From Chiloscyllium plagiosum (taxonomy: Eukaryota), in NCBI RefSeq assembly GCF_004010195.1, contig NC_057749.1:16555634-16575633 (forward strand): a stretch of DNA of 20,000 bases. Direction: 5' to 3'. Positions 9,688 to 20,000 of this stretch are shown here, one piece after another; position 1 is the stretch's first letter, and each line of letters starts with the position of its first letter. The notes under the pieces were generated by a model. It saw only the letters and a list, made by a program, of their open reading frames with translations. It did no database searches and was not told where the DNA came from. The translations under genes and the position numbers were made by a program.

Positions 9688-10041
9688 TAGCCAAATGCAT
9701 CATCATCTAATTAGCGACGCGCATGAATGGATGAATGAGATTCCCACTGTCCCTACCTACTATCTAGCAAAACCGCAGCCAAGGGGACAGGCTTGGCAGA
9801 ATTAGCGGGGAGAGAAGACCCTGTTGAGCTTGACTCTAGTCTGGCACTGTGAAGAGACATGAGAGGTGGAGAATAAGTGGGAGGCTTCAGCCGCCGGTGA
9901 AATACCACTAATCGTTTTTTTCGCTTACCCGGTGAGGCGGGGAGGCAAGCCCTGAGGGGCTCTCACTTCTGGTCGGAAGCGCCCGGGCGCGACCTACTCC
10001 AAGGACAGTGGCAGGTGGGAAGTTTGACTGGGGCGGTACAC
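9688..10041 (+). pseudogene. 28S rRNA fragment (sequence immediately downstream of the R2 target site), non-functional
   Basis: TAGCCAAATGC..CATCTAATTAG.GACGCGCATGAATGGATGAA.GAGATTCCCACTGTCCCTACCTACTATCTAGC ... GAAGACCCTGTTGAGCTTGACTCTAGTCTGGCAC ... GGTGAAATACCACTA ... GAGTTTGACTGGGGCGGTACAC-like are conserved LSU rRNA blocks. Carries substitutions and an apparent ~5-nt deletion near 9910. Confidence 0.95.
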
Positions 10042-10214
10042 TCTTAAGTGGGGGCAGAGTGGGGTGAATGACTGGTATACCTTCACAGTTGAGTAGCCTT
10101 AAAGTGCAAAGTCCTATGACCAATCAGGATGAGGTAACAGATTGGGATCGTTGCCTATATCTCCCAGTCGGGAGTAGAAAAAGTGGGTTGGATGAGATTG
10201 CAGGAGGGAGGACA

Positions 10215-10325
10215 TTTAATAGGAAAGCAGAAGAATGGCATTTAGTGTGATGCTCATTTGGAGAGCCAGCCGAGACACAATAGGCTGAACACCTCCTCAG
10301 TGTTGTAACAATTCTATGATTCTAT
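10215..10325 (+). mobile_element. CR1 3' tail remnant
   Basis: ggagagccagccgagacacaataggctgaacacctcctcagtgttgtaacaattctatgattcta, a CR1-type 3' end with ATTCTRTG-like tail. Confidence 0.6.
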
Positions 10326-10574
10326 TTTGCTTGGGCCAATGGAATAAAATTTGTATGTGTAAGCAATGGGAAGAAAATTACCAAAATATTCAAAATTATT
10401 CCAAAATAACAGTAAATCCTTTTAAAAGTTATATCCAATTGCCTTCTTGTAGTAAAGACTACATGCTGGGGAACAGAAACATTGGTGGAGAGATTTCATT
10501 TGATATCATTAATAATTTCCACCCTGAGAGACACTGTCATACAGTGCTAATTGGTAACTGAATCTAAGAATTCC

Positions 10575-10800
10575 CCTCCAAGGCACTCACCATCCTCGGA
10601 TATATATTGCCGTTTCTTCAGTGTCACTGAGTCAAAGTCCTGGAACTCCCTCCCCTGAGCAGCATCACCTGGCTACCTAAACCAGTTGGGCTGCAGTGGT
10701 TCAAGAAGGCAGCTCACCACTAGCACCACCTCCTCCATGAGCAATTAGGAATGGACATTAATTGCTGGCCCAGCTAGTGAAGCTCACACCCTATGAATTA
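10575..10800 (+). mobile_element. CR1-like LINE 3' fragment
   Basis: ttcttcagtgtcactgagtcaaagtcctggaactccctccc (WNSLP motif) ... ggttcaagaaggcagctcaccac ... gctggcccagctag. Confidence 0.65.
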
Positions 10801-11174
10801 CGTTTTTTTTTATTCCCCTTGTCTGTTAAGGGCACTTTGAGTTGTGTGGGTGGCCTCATTCCAGTTCCTACTAGGGATGGAAGATTGGGAAAATATCATG
10901 CCTGTAATTGGCATTTCATCAGAAGCAAAGTTTGGGTTAGCATAAAGGGATCATTAGTCTCTAGTAATCCCCTGTGAGATGTTGATGCTGCTTACCTGGT
11001 GGTTTTGGTGTTTGGATGGTGGAAATATTTTGTTAATTCATTCTTTGGATATGAACATAGCTAAAAAGGCTAGCCATCCCTCAGGTAATAGTTTAAATAT
11101 ATGGTGTTACTCCCTATCTCTGTTAACAGTGATGGGAGTCAGAACATGATTTACAAAAGCAATTGTTTCCAGTT

Positions 11175-11317
11175 TCACTTCCATTTTTTCCTGAGAGTCA
11201 CAAGCTCCTGGTGAATGGTGCTGAAATTTGGGCGCTTCTTCGGATCATACTGCCAACAGCGACACATTATACCGTAAATCTCATCTGGGCAAGAATCAGG
11301 GGCACCGAGTCGATAGC
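11175..11317 (-). CDS. FES: Tyrosine-protein kinase Fes/Fps, last coding exon
   Basis: 143 nt; (G)YRLGAPDSCPDEIYGIMCRCWQYDPKKRPNFSTIHQELVTLRKKWK*; AG acceptor at 11319-11318; TGA at 11177-11175. Confidence 0.92.
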
Positions 11318-11706
11318 CTAGGGACAAGGAATAAATCTATTAGTGAATCAGTAGTCGATTACCCCATCTCCCAATAATGTTTTTCCATGTGTCCTATAGG
11401 AGCTATTTCTGGAGTCTGCAAACCTGGTAGCTCACTCCCCTCACAGACATCCTCCAATTTTCAGACTAGGAGACAGCATTCCTCACCAATAACACAGGAA
11501 AATGGAACAATTCTCATTTTGGCCTTTCCAGTATCTTGACCAAACACTCTCGGGACATGTGCAACATGAGATTAGATACAGAGTAAATTTGCCACTACTT
11601 TGTCCAAAACAACAGAAAGGAGGAAGTGTCCAGGGAGTCAGGCTTTTTTTTTGTTTAAATGGAAAAGACTTATTTATTGTGTCCAGTGTATTTTTATATA
11701 TTCTTA

Positions 11707-11949
<243 letters not shown>

Positions 11950-12004
11950 TTAGGCTCAAAGTTTCAATTATAGAATCTCCTTTGCTTTTTCAAATGTTGA
12001 TTGA

Positions 12005-12480
12005 TCTAGGAATATTAGAAGGTCCTTGAACCCCTCAAACCTGTTCTCTGCTCTATTAAGCCATGTGAAATCTGCATCTTAATTCCATCAATCCTGGTTC
12101 AGTTAACACTAAATCTCCTCAGGTGAAAGTGAGGACTGCAGATGCTGGAGATCAGAGTCAAGATTAGAGTGATGCTGGAAAAGCACAGCAGGTCAGGCAG
12201 CATCCAAGGAGCAGGAAAATCGACGTTTGTCAATTTTCCTGCTCCTCGATACTGCCTAACCTGCTGTGCTTTTTCAGCACCACTCTAATCTTAACAAAAT
12301 CTCATCAGCTAATCCATCCATCTTAGTTTTAAAATTTTCAATTGCACCTGCCTCCAGAGTTTTTTTTGCGGAGATAGAGATTTTAGATTTCAATCCACTT
12401 CCCTTTGTGAGAAGAAAGACTTCCCAATATTACCCCCACTTGATTGCTCTAACTGTAAGATATCACCTCCTTGTTTTGGG
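12005..12480 (-). mobile_element. Old CR1 3' fragment interrupted by a fold-back element
   Basis: Reverse-strand CR1-like text on both sides of 12123-12296 (e.g. ccatccatcttagttttaaaattttcaattg...gcctccagagt...gtgagaagaaagacttccc). Confidence 0.5.
12123..12296 (+). mobile_element. Penelope-derived fold-back element (same family as 5651-5838)
   Basis: Head aaagtgaggactgcagatgctggagatcagagt matches the reverse complement of 5800-5836. Imperfect arms 12157-12220 / 12233-12295, collapsed loop cgacgttt. Flanks aaatctcctcag (12111-12122) / aaatctcatcag (12297-12308). Confidence 0.75.
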
Positions 12481-12507
12481 CACGCATGCACACACACACA
12501 CATGCAC
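12481..12507. repeat. Imperfect (CA)n microsatellite
   Basis: cacgcatgcacacacacacacatgcac. Confidence 0.7.
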
Positions 12508-12519
12508 AAATTGGAGTGA

Positions 12520-12757
12520 GACATGACACTCATCCACAGATTCTATCAACAAACACATTGACCTGGACCCAATATACCGGCCACTGCAGTGGACAGCTGG
12601 AATGGACAACCGGAAGCGGCAGAGACAAACCACTATAAATGCCGGAGGAAACATCACAGAAGCGCTTCACAGGAGGCTCCCAAGCACTGAGGATGTCACC
12701 GAGACAGGGGACGAAACGTCTGCAACACAAATTTCCAGCTCGGCGAACAGAACCACA
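12520..12757 (+). mobile_element. Penelope-like element 3' fragment (GIY-YIG C-terminus plus pLTR)
   Basis: Translates HSSTDSINKHIDLDPIYRPLQ, resembling PLE ORF C-termini. Followed by a TATAAA (12634) and a hammerhead motif. Confidence 0.8.
12684..12723 (+). ncRNA. Minimal type I hammerhead ribozyme motif (PLE type)
   Basis: gca-CUGAGGA-u-GUCACC-gagaca-GGGGAC-GAAA-C-GUC-ugc. Core boxes intact, stem II has one mismatch, palindromic ACGU stem III, predicted cleavage after C12720. Confidence 0.75.
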
Positions 12758-12989
12758 ATATTTAAATGGAATTTATATCAATGGGTCAGAATGTCTTGGT
12801 TCAAGACTTTGTGTTGTAACATGCCATGGTGGGATTTGAACCCATGTCCCTAGAATATTATCCAGGGTTGGTCCAATTACACTACCGCTATGCTATTATT
12901 TTTCCAGATTGCATGGTTGGTTAGTTTTTGAACACTTTTTGTAGTGTCAGACTAACATACCTTAGTTCACACAATCATTCTCACCCTCA

Positions 12990-13214
<225 letters not shown>

Positions 13215-13314
13215 TCAACATTTATTTGTGTTTGTGCACAGAAAGGTAACACAAACACCTGTTAATTAAAGGACCATGACTGTTTGTGTAGTATCAGTTT
13301 GAGGGAGGACAGTA

Positions 13315-13475
13315 GGGAGAAATCCCTTGTCCTGCTTCAGAATAATGCTGTGAGATCTTCTATATTCACCTGTCAGAGCACAGCAGGGCCTAGATTTAAT
13401 GTCTCATCTAAAAAAAAGGCATTTCCAAGTGTTGCATTTCATAAGCACTGCCCAGAAGTGTCAGCCAAGATTCTG
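13315..13475 (-). mobile_element. Deu-domain SINE remnant (SacSINE1/AmnSINE1-like)
   Basis: gagatcttctatattcacctg...gggcctagatttaatgtctcatct...aagtgtcagccaagatt resembles the reverse complement of the Deu core as recalled; highly diverged. Confidence 0.6.
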
Positions 13476-13988
13476 AAGTTTAATAAATTCCACCAGTCGA
13501 AGTAATTGTCCTTCTCTTGTGCCTCTATATCCTTTTCCTAACAGAGATGAGACCTGTGAACAATCCTCAGTTAGGTCGTCAACAGAAAGTGGCTGTATAA
13601 ACTAATATTGACTCCCAGTATTCTGGGAGTAGGAAAATGGATTGAGATTTTGCCTAAATTCCCACTGTTACTTTCAGGCTGCAGTCACACAAGAGAGTAG
13701 GGCTGGTGTTGACCGTTAAGTTTACAGTAATTGGACAACTAGCCTTCATTTGAATGTCAAATCTCTTCGATGGAGAACAATCATTATGGGGAAGGTACTA
13801 GAGAGAATCCATCTGAATTCATTCTCTACCTATCAGCCTTCTCTATCAGGTCAATATCTTCAGGAGTCTGACAGGATAAAGGAATAAACAGAATGATAGA
13901 TACCAACAATCAAATTACCAATAAACCCATTCCATGACTCCATGCCACCATATAGTCAGAGCTGTTTTTAAATACTTTTCTGAACTCA

Positions 13989-14129
<141 letters not shown>

Positions 14130-14215
14130 TTAGTCAAAAGTTTTTTTCTCCTTGAAGTGCAAATGATTTGCTAGTATAATCAACACTTTGATTACATCTC
14201 TAACATCTTACAATT

Positions 14216-14315
14216 CTGATAAGGTAATTGACCTGAAACATTAACTCTCGTTCCCTCTCCATTGCTGCTGCCTGATCTTCTGAGTATTTCCAGCATGGTC
14301 CAATATTCAGATTTT
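14216..14315 (+). mobile_element. Old Penelope-derived repeat with decayed hammerhead
   Basis: ctgataaggtaattgacctgaaacatt...gctgctgcctgatcttctgagtatttccagca is related to the arm sequence of the fold-back elements (gatgctgcctgacctgctg...ttccagca). Confidence 0.55.
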
Positions 14316-14459
14316 ACTGCTTACAGTACAAATGGGCTAGGTTTTCTGAAAACTGACAAAGTCACGCAGAGGCAGATCCAAATAGGGGAAATGGGGAGTC
14401 ATTCAGAGTAAGGAAAGGGTTGAGGTGTTTGGTCTAGATCAGGGCAACAGTATTTGGTC

Positions 14460-14640
14460 CTGAGGATGTTGATAGTGGGGGATTCAGGGATGACAATCCC
14501 ATTGAATGTTAAGGAGTGATGGTTAGACCCTCTCTTGCTGGAGAAATTCATTGCCTGGAATTTGTGTACCACAAATATTATTTGCCATTTGTCAACTATA
14601 ACATGGATATTGTCCAGGACTTGCTGTATTTGAACATGGA
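14460..14640 (-). mobile_element. Diverged CR1-like LINE internal fragment
   Basis: gatgttgatagtgggggattcag...ccattgaatgttaagg...cattgcctgg...ttgtccaggacttgctg resembles antisense RT-region text of a shark CR1-like family; low identity. Confidence 0.4.
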
Positions 14641-14811
14641 CAGCTGAGCATGGATTGTACTACTGACAGCCAGAATATACTTGAAGGGTCGAATGGTGTT
14701 CTAATGTGCCATGATGTCAGAAATGATGGAGCAGATTGTGGACAATCTGTGAGAAATGGATTTGAAGGGTGAAACATCTTTATCTACTCCACTTTCTGTC
14801 ACAGTTAGCTA

Positions 14812-14967
<156 letters not shown>

Positions 14968-15725
14968 TTAACAGCTTTTAGAAACTGAACTGTCAGTCAG
15001 AACTGTTTGTTTGTATTTTATCTTCATGCACCTAATTTCCCTTTGAGGAACATTAGGAGAGTGATGGGAGCATTCCTGGGCTTATCAGTGTGTTAAACCA
15101 CCTTACAAACACTCCTTTCATAGCCAACACGTGTTGGAATGCAACTGGAATCAAGTTTTTCGGACTTAGAGTCACCACCTATCGAGTCACAAGTATATCC
15201 CTCATTCCTCCTTTGCTCAATCATTATCCTTCAGTATTGACACAATCTCTGTTTCAATCATTGACTCGACATTTGTGTCTAAGGAAGGTTCTCATCTCCT
15301 CTGTGTTAAATGTCTGCTCTTGTATCTAGATACTCGTTATCGACCCCTTGATGGCTAGAAATAGACGGTTTCCTCTTATCTCTGTAAGATCTATTGGATC
15401 ACTCCATAAAGTCTCCCATTCAGATTAAAACAGTTCCAATTGGTTATATTTTTGCTAGGCAACAATGATTGGTCACTTCCAGTGTTGAACAGTAAAAGAT
15501 TTCTTTGGTCTGTTGGACCCAGTCTTCAGTAAAGCACTAAACCATTGATGGTGAACACACAATGACAAACCTTGTTCTAAACTGTATTAAACATCACTAA
15601 GATAGCTTCACTCAGGCACTCCTGCAGCAGCTTTGATAACTGCACTGTATAAAGGGCTAATCAAGGAGCTAGCCTGCCACTTTGTCATTATTTTTGTGTC
15701 ACTATTTGTTCAGACTATGATCCTA

Positions 15726-15887
<162 letters not shown>

Positions 15888-15994
15888 TCAGTTTAATTAA
15901 GGGCATTGTTTAAAAATAGGAGTCTTCAATTTAAGATGGAGCTATGGAAAAAGTTATTTTCTGAAAAGGGTTGTTACAAATAAGCATGGTCTAT

Positions 15995-16250
15995 TATTCA
16001 ATAAGATCATGCTGATCTGATTACTCCACATTCCTGCCTGTCCTCATAATTCTTTCATTCCCTTAATGATCAGAAGTCTAACCACCACTGCCTTAAAAAT
16101 ATTCAAGAGCTCTGCTTCCATTGTCATTTGAGGAAGAGAATTCCAAAGATTCATGGCTCTCTGTGAAAAATACATTCTCACTATTTCTGAATAAATGGGT
16201 GTTCCCTTATTTTGAAGCAATGACCACTGGTTTCCAAATATTTGGAAATC
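15995..16250 (-). mobile_element. CR1 LINE 3' fragment
   Basis: Minus-strand ORF YFSQRAMNLWNSLPQMTMEAELLNIFKAVVVRLLIIKGMK is the CR1 C-terminal motif. Confidence 0.8.
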
Positions 16251-16289
16251 TCTCCCACAAAAAGCAATGGAGTCTGGGTCCCCCAATCT

Positions 16290-16455
16290 ATTCAAGCCTG
16301 AGTTAGAAAGATCTTTGATCTACAAATTAATCAAGGGTGACAGATGGACAGACAGGAAAGTGGGGTTACGGCTATGATCAGGTCAGCTATAATTTTATTG
16401 AAAGACAGAACATCCTCAAAGGGCCAAATGGTCTACTTCTGGTCCTATTTCTTAT
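16290..16455 (+). mobile_element. CR1 3'UTR remnant
   Basis: gagttagaaagatctttgatc...gatcaggtcagctataattttattgaa...gggccaaatggtctacttctggtcctatttcttatg. Confidence 0.6.
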
Positions 16456-16559
16456 GGCTGATGAAAGATGGATGAAAGCCATCAACACCCAACCACTCAC
16501 CTCTCCTTCCACCACTAGCTAAAATAATGCATTCAAAGGCAGAAAAATCCATTCCACCA

Positions 16560-16990
16560 AGAATAGCTTGCATTTAGATAGCACTTTTAAAGTAGTAAAA
16601 GTTCCCACAGGATTGTTATTAGACAAAATTTAATATATGAACCACATAAAGAAGCATTCTTTTGGTATAACATGTTTGTCAAAGTAGTAGTTTTTAAAGA
16701 GCAACACAGAGGAGGAGATGAGGGTGAAGGAGGGAATTTGAGGCACATCTGCCAATGGTGAAGAGAATTGGTAGATGACGACTCGATTGGAATAGTGCAA
16801 AAACGTGAGAGTGTTGAGGGTTTGGAGGTGGTTAGAGAGATAGATGAATCCATGGGCAGATTTGAAAAAAGGATGGGAATTTTAATATTGAGGGTCCTGA
16901 CTCAGGATCAATGTTGGTTAGAGAGCACAAGGATAATGGGTGAAGGGAATATGGTGCATATTAGGATACACATGAGCAACATGTCAGATG
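16560..16990 (-). mobile_element. Diverged L2-like LINE 3' fragment
   Basis: Starts cttgcatttagatagcactttt (antisense of an L2-type gcgctatataaatgcaag tail); purine-rich antisense body. Confidence 0.45.
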
Positions 16991-16999
16991 AGATTAAGT

Positions 17000-18735
17000 C
17001 AGGGAGGGTGGTAAAGGAAAAGGTGGTGGTCAGGAGCAATGTTGGCTCACTGAAGACTGGAAGTGAATGTATTGTCAGTGACTATGGGGAAATGGCAGAC
17101 ATACTGAATAAATACTTTGCTTCAGTATTTACACTAGAAAAGGACAATAGTTTACTGAAAATCCTGAGGAAATTGATAATGGATTGGGAACAAAGATTGA
17201 ATAAAATTAACATTAAATAAAACATTGATAATGGAACTAAAGAGTGACAAATCCCCAGGGTCCATTTGACAGTTGTTAAAGGAACTAGGGGATCACATTG
17301 TAGACACCCTAACTATAATCTTTCAGAGTTCCCTAGATACACAAGTCACCCCTCTGGATTAGAAAATTACATATGCCACTTTTTTTTTAAGAAAGGATGT
17401 TCGAGGAAATTGAAGGAATTACAGACCAGTAAGCCTAACGTTTATGGTGGGGAAATTGTTGGAGTCTGTAACTTGAATTTTTTAATTAATTAGGATGAGC
17501 CAGCAAGGATTCACGACAGGTAGGTCATGCCCAAAAAACCTCAGTGAAGTTTTGGAAGAGATGATTAAAGTAGTAAAGGGGAATGTCTATCGATGTTGTT
17601 TATATGTACTTTCAGAAGGCATTTGATAAAGTTCCACATATGAAACTGTTAACAAAGATAGAAATCCACAGTGCTGATAGCAAATTACTGACATGGCTGA
17701 GAAGTTGGCTGTGTGGCAGACAACAAAGTAGGGAAAATGGATAGTTACTCAAATTGGCAGGATGAGACTAGTGGTGTCCCACAAGGATCTGAGTTCGGGT
17801 CTCAATTATTCACATTATTTACTAATGACTTGGATAATGGCATAGAAAATCATATATCCAAATTTGCTGATGACAGAGTTAGGCAGCATTGTAGACAGTG
17901 TAGGTGACAACATAACATTGCATGAGGATATTGATAGTATAAGTGATTGTGCAGGATTGTGGTAGATGGAGGTCAATGTAAGTAAGTGAAAGATTATTTA
18001 TTTTGGAACAACAAAGCATAGAACCTTCTATATGGTATGCAGTTAAATACAGTGGCTATCCAAGGAGACTAGTGACTTAATGTGCATTGATCCTTAAAAC
18101 GTCATGAACAGGTGCAGAAAGTAATCAAGAAAGTTAATGGAATGCTGGCCTTTATATCTAGAGGACAGGAGTACTAGGATGCAGAAGTTATGCTGCAGTT
18201 ATACAAAACCCGAGCTAGACCCCACGTCAAGTACTGAGAACAGGTTCTGGGTACCACACCTTAGGAAGGACATATTGACCTGAGAGGGAAGACAACATAG
18301 CTTTACAATAATGATACCTGGACTTCAGGGATTAGTTTATGAGGAAAGATTACACAAATTAGGCCCTTTTCAAAGTCTTCAGGACAGTAACAAAAAAAAA
18401 AGAGTAGATAAAGGTAAATTATTTCCACTGGCTGGCAATTCTAGAACTAAGGGTTATAGTCTGAGAATTAGGGCCAACCATTCAGGAGAGATGCTAAGAA
18501 GCACTTCTACACACAAAGAGTGGTAACTGTTTGGAACCCTCTGCCACAAATGATAGTGGATGCTAGATCAGTTGTTAATTTTAAATTTGAACTGGATAAA
18601 AGTTTTGTTAATCAAAAATATTAAGGGGTATGGGCCAAAAGCAGGTATCTGGAGTTAGGCCATAGATCAGCCGTGATCTCACGAATGGTAGAACAGGCTC
18701 GAGGGACTGAATGGCCTGCTCTGTTCCTATGATTT
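17000..18735 (+). mobile_element. CR1 LINE, 5'-truncated, degenerate reverse transcriptase to 3' tail
   Basis: Broken frames give EMADILNKYFASVFT, KSPG, DVVYMYFQKAFDKVPH, SGVPQGSEFGSQLFTLFTNDLD, SKFADD, YEERLHKLG and LFPLAGNSRTKGYSLRI; the 3' end is gactgaatggcctgctctgttcctatg. Confidence 0.92.
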
Positions 18736-19011
18736 CCAATCTTGTAATGGAACAGTCCCTGAGGCATCAAGAATGTGTTCAGGGGCCCGAGTGTACATAC
18801 ATGACAGCTCCAAACAAACCAGCAGCTCTCTTCACCCACATAGCAATGTGTGAAGCTGGACAGTGAGCAGCAGCAGCAGGCATTTTATCTGTGGGATCAT
18901 CATTGGGTCCTTCCTTTCTGCAAAGCAATGCTGTAATTTGTAACTGCTTTTGGGAAAGGAAGGCACAGGTATCCAGGCGAATGAGATTCTGTAAGTCATG
19001 TAGATACTTAC

Positions 19012-19065
19012 CCGACCAATGCGATCCCCTATCAGAACATCTTCATGGTCCAGTACCCATTTATC
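19012..19065 (-). CDS. FES: Fes exon at the start of the kinase domain
   Basis: 54 nt; DKWVLDHEDVLIGDRIGR; AG acceptor 19067-19066 and GTAAG donor; splices in phase to GNFGEV. Confidence 0.92.
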
Positions 19066-20000
19066 CTGTAACGAAAAGTGCAGTATCAGAACAGAGGTCA
19101 CAGCTGTTGCTCCTGTGCTTTACTCAAGTGTTTATATGGAAGATTAAGTTGTGAGGGTCTCCAAATTTGTCAACTGCAAAGACCATAACATTTTGCCCAA
19201 TTCACAGTTGTAAAACAGTGGTTAGGAGTGGGGCCACTGTGAAATTATTCTTGTTCCTAATGCAGGAATTATTAAGCCAGCTGTAATCTCCACCCAGTAC
19301 CATTAGTCCAAATTCAGATCACTTAACTTCGTGGAGAGTCAATCAAACCACGAGGACTTGTGTGTGTTTGGCTGACAGCTACACCAGACAGTTTCTTTAC
19401 CTCTTCATTCAATGTGGTAAGTTCTAAATGGTTATAACTAATAAAGTACATTGCTTCAAGATTGAAGGGAAAGGGCAGAGAACAAGAGAAAGAGGAATTG
19501 ATATAGTGAGAGAAGTGACTGTTCTTTGAGAAAGAGCAGGATGAACAGGGAGTTCTTCTATAACGCAATGGTTGTGTTCTTGTGTGACTCCACACCATAT
19601 AAAAATCATGCATTAAAAACAGCACTTATTATTGGCGACTCAATCGTGTTATAGTCAACACATATTTTAAAAGTCTGTGTTTTAGAAATAGCACCCCCAT
19701 TCCTCAATTGCATTGTAGCCAATTTGCATTGATGAAAGTTGCATTAGAGCAGAACAACCTGTATTTAGGGTGAGAAAGAGGTTAAATGTGAGAAAGCAAT
19801 GGATCTAGGACAAATTAAATGAGACAGAGAGCATGCGAACATTAGACATGGCACAGGAGGTGGTTGGATTTTTTAAAAATGATCATGAGAGGGTGATAGC
19901 AAAAAACTGTGACAGAAAAAGCACAAGAAAAGGAAGAATACAAGAAAATGACAGAGCGAGGCAAAGTGTGACAAACAGTAGTAAGAGATGGGGGGGGGGA

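Noticed and set aside
9688..10041. Functional 28S rRNA gene or rDNA unit
   Set aside because: Only ~354 nt, mutated at conserved positions, with no 18S, 5.8S or remaining 28S nearby.
10040..10050. ctcttaag just after the 28S fragment resembles the upstream half of the R2 target (CTCTTAAGG)
   Set aside because: Only an 8-nt match, on the wrong side for a standard TPRT product, and the similarity does not extend; could be chance.
16768..17220. 150-aa ORF
   Set aside because: Chance read-through from antisense L2-like sequence into a CR1 ORF2 remnant.

Overview
Vertebrate nuclear DNA, most likely from a shark or other elasmobranch (inferred from an HE1-type V-SINE and the CR1/Penelope repeat landscape). 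Two host genes lie on the minus strand in the same order as in human. They are the last seven coding exons of the tyrosine kinase FES (19065->11175, whole kinase domain, GT-AG introns with consistent phases) and the first coding exon and CpG island of the Golgi mannosidase MAN2A2 (3833->3702). Introns and the intergenic spacer are filled with CR1, L2 and Rex1 LINE remnants, SINEs, a Tigger-like MITE and several Penelope-derived elements carrying hammerhead-ribozyme motifs. The most striking feature is in the FES-MAN2A2 spacer. It is a 5'-truncated, decayed R2 retrotransposon (CCHC knuckle, restriction-like endonuclease, ~410-nt 3'UTR) fused exactly at the canonical R2 insertion point to ~354 nt of downstream 28S rRNA sequence. 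This is an orphan R2-28S junction sitting outside any rDNA array. All family calls come from motif recognition by eye; no database search was run.
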